Positions 1 to 13,440 of a DNA stretch of 64,000 nucleotides are shown piece by piece; within the stretch, counting starts at the first letter, position 1, and every line of letters starts with the position of its first letter. The position numbers were made by a program, and so were the translations under genes. Origin of the DNA: Phoronis australis. Its lineage: Eukaryota; Animalia; Phoronida. The stretch covers positions 791,872-855,871 of the forward strand of contig NMRA01000070.1 in the NCBI GenBank assembly GCA_002633005.1. Reading direction: 5' to 3'. A model generated the notes under the pieces. That model made no database searches and was not told the DNA's origin. It saw nothing but the letters and a program-made list of their open reading frames with translations.

Positions 1-1309
1 TTGGTAACCATTTTGCTTCTTTTAACGTCTGAACTGAGCAGTACATCCTGGCAATGGGATGGATGGACCAATAACACTACCCACAAACTATGCTAGTTTC
101 ATCATATAAACCATAAGGGAAGGTGTCATTGACTGCTTATCTGTACACAGGTGGTCGTGAGAGCAGTGGATTCTGGAAAACCAGCCCTTCAGAGCAGACG
201 GTTTCTTTCTACTTTTCTTTCCTGTCGTCTCCGTATATATTGCAGATGGTTACAGTCATTACTAGAATGTATCCCGAGAGGAAACACACTCGTGTTCTGG
301 GGCGTGTTAAGAACTTCAGCTAATGAATGTATTAAGATCAGGTGCTTTAATTACCTTTTCTTCCCACTGCAACACCTAGCTTGTACACGATTGATTCACC
401 GTTGTGATTATAGCATAAATTATGATGCCAAGTAGACATGAAGAAACAATGTCCTCCAGTAGTATCAAATTTTAGGATATTATACGAAAAGTATTATTTT
501 CTCTAATTTCTTGGCACCATCTGATATGTGCCAGCATTAATTCTGCCTCTCTTTGAAAATATAATTTCCTGTGATTCTATACCAAATATTTTGGTCTCTT
601 GGTTGCGACGTCTTAACTTCTTGCTCGTTAGCGATTCGAAAGTGAGATTATTGGCTCCAGAGCAGCTGTTCTTTTGACTTAGAAATGCTTCTATTGCATC
701 TGACTTGACCTTGTTGCTTATTATTGGTTGGCAGTAAGCTCGGGCAGACTTCGCGTGTGTGTATTTGGCAATATCATATCCAGTTTGCCTTGACCGGAAA
801 CTGTAGTAGTTGTTGGGTTCCACCAATAGATTAGCCGACGTATTTACTTTTGTGCCAAATCGGTGATCATTTAGCACTGCGAAATAGTTGCTGCTACATG
901 TGGCGTAGTGTGTCTATCACTAGGAAATGCTAAGAGGGGGCGCCCCCTTTCGGTGACGAGTTTGTAGGTTTAAGACATTAGATACTAAGTTTCTGTTTAT
1001 TTAAATTGACACGTTTTCAGTTTCTTGATTTGAAACGGCCGCTTTTCTTCGTTCCAATGTGGTTGTCAGATTGTAACCACACTCCGACAGCAATACCTTA
1101 CTCAAACCAATGCTCTTGACGGGATACCTTCAATGTTTTTGAAAGATAATATTTTCGTTTTTGTGAACGGCAGGGACATGAGTAGATATGCTACAACTGT
1201 AAAAATCCACCATCTGCATGTAATTGTGTGTGTCCTGCCAAGTTGAAAACTTCGAATCAGTCGTAGGCGTGCGCATTACTAGGGTTACAAAGCGCCAAAT
1301 GTTTCTTAA

Positions 1310-1683
1310 ACAAGTACTACCTTTCTGCGCGTTGGAACGTGCTTAATCATTGCGTACTTTTAGTTCTTAAAAACGATCATCGTTACACTCGTATTCAACT
1401 AGCACTTTTGTTTAACCAGCGCTTAGTTTTACTTTATCGCGTACTAAACTAAATTGATTAAATAAAACTACGCGTTGATTAATCAAAAGTACGCGTTGAT
1501 TAATCAAAAGTACGCGTTGAATAAGAGGAGAATGGTGATCGTTTAAGACATAAAAGTACGCGTTTATTAAGCAAAACTACGCGTTGATTAAGCAAAAGTA
1601 CGCTTTGATTAATTAAAACTACTACGCGTTAAGAAAAAGTACGCTTTGATTAAGCACATTTTAACGCGCAGAAAGGTACTCGC
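1310..1683. mobile_element. Foldback-type MITE with TIRs and internal ~21-bp tandem subrepeats
   Basis: Left cctttctgcgcgttggaacgtgcttaatc is the inverse of right gattaagcacattttaacgcgcagaaagg. Internal (aaaagtacgcgttgattaatc)n. Flanked by TTAA at 1306-1309 and 1684-1687. Confidence 0.8.
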
Positions 1684-1994
1684 TTAATACAATCAGGGGT
1701 AGAACTTATTGTCGCGGGTACCAGAGTCTGTGAAGTGTGTATCTTGTCGCTTGCATGCGTAACAAGGCACGATGTTTCTGCTTCAAATTATTTTGTATTT
1801 GATATTCTCTTAGCGCCTAGGTCTCTTATTCTGTACGATTTTGATAACAATACATTTCTGCTTTAACTTCATAATCTGATTTCATCTACCGTCTAGTTAG
1901 TGTTGGTACCGTTTTCATCCTCGATCTAATTAGTGAAGAAAAAGCGTGAAACACTCAGCAAGCGGTATGTTATCGCTGTAACTGACCTATCGCA

Positions 1995-2095
1995 AGCTCC
2001 GCCCCCTTGCGTAAAGTCGACTAACAAACAATAAGTTTTACCCGGCAACGTGTAGTGTGTCGGGTAAAATGGCGGCTTGGAAACGAAGGTGTGTC
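1995..2095 (+). promoter_or_regulatory. Promoter-like segment: GC box, YY1/Kozak-like AAAATGGCGGC, downstream donor
   Basis: ctccgcccct at ~1997, aaaatggcggc at 2066-2076 preceded by the hairpin ttttacccggca..tgtcgggtaaaa, and gaag|gtgtgt at ~2089. Confidence 0.3.
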
Positions 2096-2359
2096 AAAAT
2101 GCTGCGTTCTAAATAGTCAGTTAAACCGTCACTCAAAATTCTGGCTATAGTTCAATTGGTGAGACGCAAAAGTCAGTGTGTCCTGCCTGATGTGAAATTA
2201 AGGTGCAATGAGCTCGCCTGGTCACTTTGCTAGCTTGCGAGGCCACATACCGTTATAAAGTTAGTCTCGGCTTGTTCGCTTCTCATGTCTTTTTTAATTT
2301 GCGGGCTTACGAAGGCTCTTCGTTGTACACTCCACGTGTTTGCGTTAGACTCATTACGG

Positions 2360-2797
2360 AGCGTCGAAGTAAACTGCGAAGTTAACTAAACCGTTCATAC
2401 CGGCTTCGGAAGTTCGAAGTAAACGATCGGTGACACTGTTGTCATCGAAGTATTAATCGCAAGGTAGCGCTGCACGCTAAGATTGTTTTTTGATGCCACA
2501 ATTTGGGAATGTTTACATGTGCTAATTGACATAAAACTTAATTTTAATTCGATTGGTCATTATTAGAACAAACCGAAAGCAACTATTAGCGACGTCACTA
2601 CCCTGTAATTGTTGACGATAACAGTGGCACTTGGCGATAACTTCGGTAGGACCGAAGTTGACCGTTTATACTGCGCACCGCAGCGTCGACGTTTCGCTCT
2701 TAAATCCACCTGTTTACTGCGAAGTTAGCTGGCGCTGTTAACATCGGTCCTGGATCGCGTTTATATTGGCCGTGTCAACGTTAGTATGAAAGGCCCC
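2360..2797. mobile_element. Decayed PIF/Harbinger-like MITE
   Basis: Right end cgttagtatgaaaggcccc (GGGCCTTTCATACT-type TIR) and repeated cgaagt(t)aac motifs. The left end is not clear. Confidence 0.35.
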
Positions 2798-3162
2798 ATA
2801 ATGTATAGTGCGTGCAGGCACCAAACGAAAAAATCTGTCCGTTTTCTTTAAACCAGCTCTTTCCACGAACAACCTGTTGATGCCGGCTGAGTTTCGTGTT
2901 ATAAAATCCTCTGCGCTTTGTGATTTTATTGCAACTTACGGAAATCAAGGCCTGTGATTTTATAGAGAAATTTAAAACGTACGTGGCTAAAATACTTATT
3001 TATCGATTGCGATAAATCTTAGCCAGCAGCTGCAGCGTTAGACTGCGACCGCTTAGCGGTTCTGCGCTGAAACTGATCTCAATCAATTTTTTACCGATAA
3101 TGTCCCTACTGAGAAAACTGGTACGACCGCCGAAAGTTATTTAGATTAGTCATGGAAGGTTT

Positions 3163-3347
3163 CAGGGGCGGAACCAGGATTTTGAGTTGGGAGGGGGGCA
3201 GGGCAGCGTGTTAGCNGGTCTCGAATATTTGGTTTTCGGAACGGTAACGGGGTTTGTTCGAGGCCTATGCATTGTTTATTCGCACCCCGAGCCCGGCCCC
3301 TGGATGCGTGCATGTGCTAGTCAGCAATTCGCACCCGAACTGCCAAA
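3163..3347. mobile_element. Partial G-tract MITE (CAGGGGCGGA.. family)
   Basis: Shares caggggcgga.cc..gattttgagtt.ggagg and gtcagcaattcgcacccgaactgccaa with 16396-16715. Confidence 0.7.
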
Positions 3348-3916
3348 TGCCGCTATCTGGTTGAATGAGTTTTTCATGAAACGTTTCTCTACGAAAGGTG
3401 CGTTTTCCGACAAAATCCCCAATGAAGCAGTGCCTTCTCTGTTTTTTCCTCCTCATAGGTGATCCAATCATGACTGAGTGGGTATACACCGGCATGGCGA
3501 GCCGGGCATCCGTCACTCAGTGCGAGAGCGGTGGGAATCTCGAAAAAGCAAACCGTCGATTCGTGAAACCAAAAGTCTCAGTGTTGCATCCTTTTTTAGT
3601 CTTTTAGTAAAACTTAACCCCTGTAGGTGTTAAAAATGGGGACTTCAACCTTTTAGTTTGGCCTTGAAGAGATAAGAGACTTCGATTTTTGACCGCCAAG
3701 CTCTCGGCCTAAGGGGCCTCATACGTCGATTTATGGAAAATTTATGACTTTCGTCGGAGAAAACGCAGTCGTGTGATTACCAACGTCTGGGCATTGCTGT
3801 CGTGCACATTCCACGATTCAGTGATCATCAAGTATAAAGTATAAAGTATAAAGTACATATATACTTTATACTTTAACTTGTATACGTATATGTATATGTA
3901 TATATGGGTCTTACCT

Positions 3917-4029
3917 TTGGCGTCGCAGCACAAAAAAGTGCGCCGCCTATAGACCATGGAGGGGCGGCGCAGCACTGAAAAAAAGTGGAGGGCTATAGCC
4001 CCGCAGCACCCTGTGATGCGCCGCCCATT
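3917..4029. mobile_element. Two adjacent mini-MITEs of the CATGGGCGGCGCAGCAC family
   Basis: ggcgtcgcagcac..gtgcgccgcctat and ggggcggcgcagcact...tgcgccgcccat. Confidence 0.65.
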
Positions 4030-4430
4030 ATCACTACTTGCGGACAAGACGTTCTTATTACACCGTTAATGTCATCTTGCTACGTCTAGTACAGAATCAT
4101 TCTCTTTCCTCTGTGAGGGAATTTCCAGAAAAAATCGCGATCTTTAATGTACGCACTTAGGAAAAACTATGGAGTCACCGTAGAGTTTCTAATCTCCGCC
4201 CCTCCTACTTATGAAAAATGAGTGCATGCGCCGCTCACAGTAATTCGCGCAAGCAGCTGACTGACAAAAAGGACTGACCGTTGCCTGAAGTCGCGCCATC
4301 GTTTTTTACGTCAAAGGTCAAAGGTCACATTTTCCATATAATTTGAGTGGCAGGGACTCACTTTGAACAATGCAATTTAGTTTATTTTTCGCGTTCCAGG
4401 CCTCCTTAACAATTCCCTGTAAAATACTGT

Positions 4431-6665
4431 TTGTCGACCCTTCGCAACACACAATCCTACGCTACATGCCACAACAATCTTAAAGTATACAACAAGATTC
4501 TCAAAAAAACTATTGATTCCGCCAAGCAATCTTACTATTATGACACATTCGAAAAAGGGAAGTCTGACACAAATAAAACATGGGATACAATAAAGACAGT
4601 TATGAACAACGGCGTTCGAACAAAAAATGACACGTCAGAATGTCTCTTACGTTTAGATAACACTAAAACCAGTGCCCTACCCGAAATGGCAAGTTTATTC
4701 AACACCTACTTTACCCAAATCGGCCCATCCCTTTCTGAATCAATAACTATGATAAAAAACAAGAATTTCAAAGACTATCTTCCCACGCCAAACAAATTTA
4801 AGTTCTCTTTCAAACCAATTAGTAATAAACATGTACTAGATATTATAAGAGACATGGACGCAAAAAATAGCACTGGTCATGACAATTTATCATCTAAAAT
4901 TATCAAAATAAGCAGTCCTTTTATAATTGAACCTCTCACGACCATCATCAACCAGTGCTTGCACACTGGTATATTTCCTGATGCTCTAAACATTGCTAAG
5001 GTGATCCCAGTTTTTAAACAACTTGGTTTGGACCCAGAGCACCCGGGCAATTATAGACCCATTTCTATTCTTCCAACAATCTCAAAAATTATAGAAAAAA
5101 TTATCCATAATCAACTTTCAACTTTCCTAAATGAAAATGATATACTTAACAAACATCAATATGGTTTCAGGAAATGTCACTCTACAGAACTTGCTTCGCT
5201 TGAACTTTTAGACCGCATTTGTTCCCATCTCAAGTTGATAATGACATGAATCCCCTCGTCATCTTTCTAGATCTCTCGCAAGCTTTCGACACAATAGACC
5301 ACCAAATACTCTTGCAAAAGATAAATCACTATGGTATTACTGGAGTTGAATATACACTGTTTAAAAGTTAACATCTCAAACCGCACCCAATATGTTTCAC
5401 TAAGTGATACAACTTCCAGTTGGTTACCAATATCTACCGGAGTTCCCCAAGGCTCTGTCGTTGGCCCATTTCTCTTCCTAGTTTACATAAATGATCTTTC
5501 GTTTTCTTCTCCCATGGACACACTTCTTTATGCTGACGACACTTGCCTCGTCACACCTTACAAACTGACTGAATCTTCCCAACACACTTTACAGCAATCA
5601 ACCACCATCAACAACAACCTTAAATCTATTTCAGACTGGTTTTCTGTGAACAAACTTTCAATTAACACATCAAAAAGTAAATTAATGATCTTCCACTACC
5701 CCCAAAAGAAAATTGAAAAATGCATTATTCCCACCATCTATATAAATAGCAAAACAATATATCATGTGAACAGTTTTCCTTTCCTTGGTATTACTGTTGA
5801 CAAAAACCTCTCATGGTCCCCCCACATTAACCTCATCTCAAACAAACTTAACAATCTCGGTGGACTCTTATACAAATTGAAATCTTATCTTCCTCTTCCA
5901 GCTCTCAAGTTGATATATAATTCACTTGTCCTTCCACATTTAAACTATGGCATTGCAACTTGGGGTTTTGGCAACACTAAGAAACTTCAGACAGCCCAGA
6001 AAAGAATCCTTAGGAATATATCAAATTCCAGTTATAATGCTCACTCTCTGCCCATATGTAAGGAACTTCGCCTCCCTCTAGTTCAAGACATCTTTAAAAT
6101 CTCAACTGCAAAATTTTACTACAAATTCCTCAATAATCAGCTTCCTAAGTATTTTTACACTAACAACTTCTTTAGTAAACCCATCCAATATAAGCCAACC
6201 AGACACATTAAAACTCCTACATACCTGAATCAATACTCAGCTACTATACCGACAATACAACCCAAAATTTTAATTCCTCCGTCCAACAAATTGTCATCAA
6301 GAGCCTGTATTAGATTTCAGATTCCTCGACTTATAAACAACAACGAAATACCAGTCTCTGCTCTAAATATAATAAAAACGCATTCTTTGCAAGCATTCTC
6401 AAGGTTCTTAACCAATTTTATTATTAGCAACTACGATCCAGTTTGTCATATTTCCAATTGCTTCATATGTAACAGTATCTAATTTTATTCCTCAAAATCT
6501 CCTGAGCTGTGTCAGTTTACTTCTTGGTTCCTGGTTTGTCGGTCGTTTTCAGCACAAATTCATTGTTTTCTTAAGTATTCCTACTGATTTTTGCATTTCC
6601 ATTTGTTTATCTTGTACAGGGGACCTTCTTATTAGCGGTCAATAACCTTTAGAAGGCCTCCTTAC
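4431..6665 (+). mobile_element. 5'-truncated non-LTR retrotransposon (CR1/L2-group, Crack/Daphne-like) ORF2 with RT domain, two frameshifts
   Basis: RT motifs AKVIPVFK, NYRPISILPTISKIIEK, QYGFR, FLDLSQAFDTIDH (in a bridging frame ~5235-5370), GVPQGSVVGPFLF, YADD and FLG, plus a C-terminal C-x4-C-x2-C. The endonuclease is absent. The 3' UTR ends in a CCTTCT...AGAAGG stem-loop. Confidence 0.95.
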
Positions 6666-8023
6666 TGAAATCAATTTGTCGACCGCGGTACATGCAGTTC
6701 AAGTACGAAACGCCTGCATTTACAGTATCATGACTCGTCGTGTAGGCCCTAGTTGCCAGTATACTGGTTTTGTATGTTCAAGGCCTATGTTATTTCCTCG
6801 AAAGTTGTTCAGAGGCAGTCTTAAATTATAATGTAATTCGATAGGGTAATCATTAGCTCATTGTTGCTGTGACAATGCACACGTTTTGGGCAACGTCTTT
6901 AAAAAGTATACATGCAAAAGCCGTGACAACTGAACCTGATTAAAAGCGCTCAGGCGTTTCTCATCAACGCTGTCGCTAAAGCTTTGTTTGAAGGGTCACT
7001 GAATGGCTACTTGGCCACAGACTTGTCGTCTGGTGACCTTTTGTCTCCAATATTAGTTCCCGACCTCTCAGCAATATTGATACCGACGCCCGTCAGCGAA
7101 TGCAGTCGCGTTAACCCCATGGAGGACTACGTGCGATTTGTTTAGTAAACACTACCTCGTGCGCGCCGAGTTAGTGGAAATTTGACCGCAGCCGTACATA
7201 ATCCGGGCTCTTGTGGTTTTGGTAGACTCATTTTTGTTGTTATGTTTTCCTGAGACCAATCAACATCAAGCGACTGGGAAATAGCTCAGGTCAGTGACAA
7301 GGTTGCGGTAAACATTCTGCAATTGTTCTGTATTCGACCTAATCTAAACGGCCTAGCTACCTGGTTTGGACTAAGTTCACCTTAAATTCACAGCGGATAG
7401 CTAATTGACAGTACGATTACGGTGGAATCGTGGAAAAGGTCATTTTCTAGAGTTCACCTCAGTGCAAATGGGCGTGATGAAAGTCACCAGATGAGAGAGT
7501 CAACTTTAACATACATGGTAATACGTGACTACTTTGAGCGCACAAAACTGCAACAACCGCACAACAGATCAACGGCTTCGTCGCATGCGCACAGCTAGCT
7601 TCGTGTGCAGTTACGTAACTGTGGAATGTTTACCTACAATGTGTTGTGGTGGCAGTGTTGTCGTTGGTTGATTATAGCCTCGCGTACACACTCGAGAAAT
7701 ATTCGTCAACAGGTCGGAGTCGTTGAGTGTTTACATACGAGGGAAGTACGCGGGCGCCTTAATTAGTTATACAGCATAATTGCATGTAATTGACTTGTTA
7801 CCAAGAAGGCATCTGAGGATACAGGTAGCTCACTGTTTGCGCTCGACTGGTCGACAAAACACCAATTCTGTCTGCGGCAGCGTCAAAAGTGTGGCAGAGC
7901 CAGCGAATAGTCTCTAACAGCAACAACTTCAAGGAAACGGGCCGACTACACAGTGGATCGATTTTGGATGCTTCGACGTGCTTTACATTTCGTGTAACCC
8001 GTAAACTCTAATTCATTCCGCAG

Positions 8024-8433
8024 AAGGAACCATGGCGTCTTTTTTGGGGTTCCATCAACGTGGTGGTATTTCCTCGGCTAGTACCTCTGCGACAGCTGGC
8101 AAACACGAGAGTTGTACCATCGCAAAAGTTTCTCGCAGCAAAAGGTTTGGGTTTTTGCCCGATGTTCATGTTCCTTATGTCACCAAATGCGTGGACGTTT
8201 TGATCGAGAATCCACTTGGAACAGTGCAACACAGTTTTGGACGTGAATCACACCCGTGCACAAACTATGCTCAAGAGATCAACTATCGGGACAGTTTTAA
8301 ATGTCTTCTTCGTGATATGGACAAACACGATGCACGAGGATTTAGTAAACCCATCAATAACGACTTCTTTCGTGAATTCAACAGCCGCATGAGGATTCGC
8401 GAGATTTTATATCCTAGAAACTGCGAAAATTGA
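8024..8433 (+). CDS. Candidate terminal exon / 133-aa ORF of unknown function
   Basis: Branch-like ctctaat plus acceptor cattccgcag| at 8023, and a strong Kozak context accATGG at 8032, with 133 open codons. No family recognised. Confidence 0.3.
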
Positions 8434-9366
8434 GCCCTGTAAAGTATTTTCGGACTGTTTAAAAGCATTTTGTGTAATAGCTTCGGCAATGTTTCCGGTT
8501 AATGCACCTTAGATTGAACTGTGTGGCATTTCCCTTGTTTACCTACATGTATTCCATCACCTGCGTTTTCATGTTGCTGTTTTAATGAATGCTGATGAAG
8601 CCGCACCGAATTACACCTGCTCAAGGCCTATGTGCTGCCAAGAATGACCCTGTTGTTAAAAAGCGACGATATTTTCCTGGACAATTTGTTGCGTCCAAGA
8701 ACTTATTGATATGCATATAGCTGCATATATCGTGCCTTGTTGAGCCAGAGTTTAATAGAATGACTAATCAACAAATGCGTTATCAATGGATTGATTCGCA
8801 CAATTTTGCATATATCCGGGTTGGATTGGTGATATCAGTGATGAAGGTCGTTTCTATTAATGCCACTCTTGAATGCTGACCGGTTGTAACTGGGCTCTTG
8901 CGTATTCAGTAGCACGGCTAAAGGAATATTTGAATTCTTGTTTAGTAATTTCTGAGCATTGAAAAAAAAAACATCTCGCAAATTTAGGAATTTTAGAATG
9001 GTTACCTATGAAGCTGTGTTGTTCATTTCTCCCCTCTGAACTGAAACACGCAAAGAAGTTCGATTCATCTGTAATTGGGCAGAAATAAAATTAGTGGAGA
9101 CGATTGTCGTTTTCATCACGACTGCTTTATAATCCCTATTTCACTCATCGCCCGCGCCCAGTGTACGCCAAACAGGTCGCTTGGGATAGCGTTTAAATCC
9201 TCGCGTTTCTCCGATGTCGTGTTCTCTATGAAAAAGCCCTAACGTTACGACGAATAATTTTAATTTGTACTTGATGCTTGACAATTTGGATGCGTCAGCC
9301 TAAACACTAGGATGGTTTGCACCAGTGGCCTTATACTAGTCTGCCAGTATTGATGAAGTAAGAGTG

Positions 9367-10206
9367 CTCGTTGTTCTCTAGAAAATAGCTCTCCAACCAT
9401 GATGATGCCAATGCTTGTGTGATTTGTTGCACTCAGGACGACATTGAGCAAAATAATTACACACTTGCATCAAGTGTAGTGTTGAAAATCTGACTCGATT
9501 TACGTATTGCGCAAGATTTTGAATCCAAGAAGACGAAATGATGTCGGGGTTTAATCCAAGAGATTAGAATTTACCAGTCAGACATTCGCACCTCCGAACT
9601 ACCAAATGGAATCTGGGAGAGTTTTAGGGGTGGGGGGCATGGCCCCCTCTAAATCCGCCACTGGTCCCGCCTGCCTGACAGAAACGAAACACATCGCGAT
9701 GAGCACAAACTGCACTTTGCTCATGCCGTGTTTCGGTAGTGGAACTATTATTTTGCTCGGTAACAGAAAACACTTCAATTGGACTTTCAAACCTTATTTG
9801 GTGGCCTCCATCCATAACTCGTAAATAAAAAAAACAGGTTTTGCGTCAACTATTAAATGTATTTTTCTGAAACATTTTTATGTATTTAAGTGCANCTCGT
9901 TGTTCTCTAGAAAATAGCTCTCCAACCATAATGATGCCAATGCTTGTGTGATTTGTTACACTCAGGACGACATTGTGCAAAATAATTACACACTTGCATC
10001 AAGTGTGGTGTTGAAAATCTGACTCGATTTACGTATTGCGCAAGGTTTTGAATCCAAGAAGACGAAATGATGTCGGGGTTTAATCCAAGAGATTAAGGTT
10101 CAAACCTTATTTGGTGGCCTCCATCCATTACTCGTAAATAAAAAAACAGGTTTTGCGTCAACTATTAAATGGATTTTTCTGAAACATTTTTATATATTTA
10201 AGTGTA
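9367..10206. repeat. Allelic tandem duplication joined by a single N (9895); assembly artefact
   Basis: 9367-9894 matches 9896-10206 apart from SNPs and a ~220-bp insertion in copy 1. Confidence 0.85.
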
Positions 10207-10456
10207 ATTATTATTAAATTAATACCTTTTAAGTTAAATTTTCATTTTTAAGAAAGGCGCATAACTCTTCGGTTGATTTTAATGAAAAATATTTTAAATG
10301 AGCAGTCGAATTTTGCGTCCTGGTGATATACACACATGTAGCAACACTGGAAAAATACTACATTTCTTAGTATTCTAGACCCCTTGATGCGGATACCATA
10401 CCAGTTTCCGAATCCAGTTATCTACGAGACACGTGCACCTGTTAGATCAACGTCCC

Positions 10457-10607
10457 CATGGACGGATCCAGGATTTTTAGTTAGGGGGGTCAGGGCAGTG
10501 TATCAGTCAAGAATTTACCAGTCAGACATTCGCACCTCCGAACTACCAAATGGAATCTGGGAGAGTTTTAGGGGTGGGGGGCATGGCCCCCTCTGAATCC
10601 GCCACTG
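10457..10607. mobile_element. MITE with CA..TG TIRs and 5-bp TSD GTCCC
   Basis: gtccc|catggacggatcc...gaatccgccactg|gtccc. Confidence 0.8.
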
Positions 10608-13373
10608 GTCCCGCTTGCCTGACAGAAACGAAACACATCGCGACTGAGCACAAACTGCACTTTGCTCATGCCGTGTTTCGGTAGTGGAACTATTATTTTG
10701 CTCGGTAACAGAAAACACTTCATTGGACTTTCCATTTAGTATCTTTCTGCGTACAGCTGGAGCAAGTGCAACAAAGCTAATACCAAAGACGCTAACTCTC
10801 TACGGTCTCTGCTAATACCCTGCACACGAAAGCGAGGCACTCCATTTCAACCACCGGCAGTGGACAAACCGACGTATCTATGGTTTCAACCGTCAATAAA
10901 ATAGTCTTTAAGAAATCAGAATCTATAGAATAACACACGTACAGAGCTTCAGAAAGGATTCCTTAATTAAAGAATAGTTTTCAGCGAATAACATTCACAT
11001 GCCGATCGATATTATACGAGAAACTAGCAACATGCAAACCCAGGCCATAGCCCCAACTGACACCGGTGGCTGGCCGGAGAACAACCAAAACAATCAGAGA
11101 TCCTAGCGCTGAAAAAAGGAGCAAGTCCGATATCGAGTTACAATAGTGTGCCGTTTGGGTGAAAGTTTCGCGCAACATGTATGTTGATCATAACTGAAAC
11201 TGCATAAGTCTACATATACTCAACGGAAATGTCAAAGCTAAAACATTACTCAAAAGTCTAAGTATTACAATATGTTAGTTTGATTTCGATGAAAATTGTT
11301 TAGACCAACGCCTACTATTTTGAGTTCCATTCTGACCGCAGTGTAACAATAGAATACAAGAAATATTAAGTAGCCATATTTCACGAGTAGATATTTTATT
11401 ACTTTCCCAAAAATGAAACAAAATATTCGGCACGCACCTTCGTGTGGTGTGAAACGCTGGGTTAAAATGATATCAAGTATTCTACTAGCAGCGATCATCA
11501 TACCACTAAATTTAGTTATAATCCGACAAATGCGTTTTCCGAACAAAGTCTGGAAGTTGAAGAGTATTTGGCCTCGTCAAGTTTCTGTTGATTTCGTAAA
11601 AAGTTGACTACCGAAAGTCAACCAGACAGCACTCAGACAGCATTTTTTGCAACCTCGTTCTCAGTATCGAGTAGGAATTGGGAACCACAACAGTCTGAGA
11701 GCATATATCACCGCCGTCTATTCACCCAGCAGACACGTGAATTGGAGCGTGAGCACGTCTGGATGATTGTAAACGACTTTTCATTGTTTTGAATGACAGT
11801 AAGTGACAAAAATAATTTCGAAATCTAATAGATTGACACTTGCCCCTTTCACTAGTAGTCTTTCCCGAATGGAATTTCATTAAAATACACTCGCACAAAG
11901 AAATCCATGGCATTTTATCGTGGAGGTGATGTTTCAGTAAAAAAATATTGGCATGTTTGCATTTTTTACCAGGTCCAATTGGCTTCGGTCGGCTCAACCT
12001 TAAAAAGATACCAAGACTGGTTTGGCCTAATAACAAATATTAAAAACGACTTTCTCACCCACTAGAGTTCTCTGAAACAAAATAATGTTTTTTAACCCTC
12101 GACAACCAAAGCGTTTGGAGGAAAATTTGAAAACTCCTTTCAAAGTCTAAATGGGCAAGAGTGATCTACGCTTTTAACGAATTACACGGCAAGCGCCGAT
12201 TTGTGAAGTAGGGAGTATTATTTTTTGATTGATTCCTGGCATTGTCTTGTTACCAGATTTATACAATAGATTTCATCTATTTCAAGACCTAAATTCTTGA
12301 AAAAGTTGCCAGGAGCAACACACCGAAGGTGTAAAACGTGGCAACCAGGGGGCGGGGGGGGGGGGACTGGTGGCACAATAATCCCCGGGCAGGGTACGAA
12401 TCATTGCTTGTATTGTATGTGACGAAATCTAATGTGCTTACGTCCAAATGTTTTCGTTGTAACTGAACAACCAAACTCTACGTTAATTCACGTGGTGCCT
12501 TTTTGTTTGGGAAAAGTTTGACTGGAACGGAATGCTTGTTTAATAGTCGTGACAGAAGACATTTAAAATTTAATAAAGTTCAATGATCGTCGCATTGGCT
12601 GGGAAACTTTGCACACGCAGTATCCTTACATTGTCATTATTTTGGAATCGAATTGGCATAGTTGAGTCTTCGGGGAAAGAGCGACCATTTGTGTAACACT
12701 CTCAATAATTGGGTCACGTGTATACTTTTAGACCTACTACAGTACATATTTGAAAAAATAGCAAAGCGTAGCGCTAGACTGGCCTACTACATGTCTATGC
12801 AATTGCAAGGTCGCATGAGCACACCACTCGTTTACCATTTTTCCCAATTGTCACAATTTTTGCCTACTCCCCCAAATTTTCCTGAATTCCTCTAACAAAC
12901 TTTTTCTACAAGAGAATCGTCTCGCAGACCGAGACCATGTTTGATGTAGATATTCCCAATGGAAAACTGCAGCACTTCAGGAAGAAGCGCATCATTTTAA
13001 ATAATTAGTCCCACTGCCTGAAACTGACAAAAATGCTAGACCAAATACGTAAAAATCACATTGTTTGACACGTATGATAACCGTCCAGCAGCAATACGAA
13101 GACGACAGAGGATACAGTATAGACTGAGCCTGCCGTCCACTCCGCTAGCGACCATAACATAAAGGCAAGATAATTTTGGTTACTCTTGACATATTGAAAA
13201 GTGTCAACCATGTTTATTTGAAAGATAACCTTGTGGACATTAGCTGTCTAAATTGTAAAGTTCAAATCACTTGTGCGATCGTTGATATGCTAATGGTTCA
13301 TTTTGTGCCTGAATTGCAAATAATGTTGTTGATTGAGGATGAGCCTGTCCTAGTTCGAATTATGGAGCTCATG

Positions 13374-13440
13374 CATGGGCGGCGCAGCACTGGAATAAGT
13401 GGGGGAGGGGGGTATTGCCCCCTATGGTGCGCCGCCCATG
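13374..13440. mobile_element. 67-bp MITE with perfect 5-bp TSD TCATG
   Basis: tcatg|catgggcggcgca...tgcgccgcccatg|tcatg. Related copies at ~3917-4029 and, reversed, ~19260-19400. Confidence 0.85.

Noticed and set aside
503-877. 124-aa minus-strand ORF
   Set aside because: No ATG start and no recognisable domain; only a weak NxFxxL similarity to LINE ORF1.
1440-1660. CRISPR-like short repeat array
   Set aside because: The units are directly tandem with no unique spacers, sit inside TIRs, and the context is eukaryotic.
11040-11110. Minus-strand exon-like ALGSLIVLVVLRPATGVSWGYGL (signal peptide end plus WGY, alpha-carbonic anhydrase-like)
   Set aside because: No following GPxxW or QSPI exons could be found.
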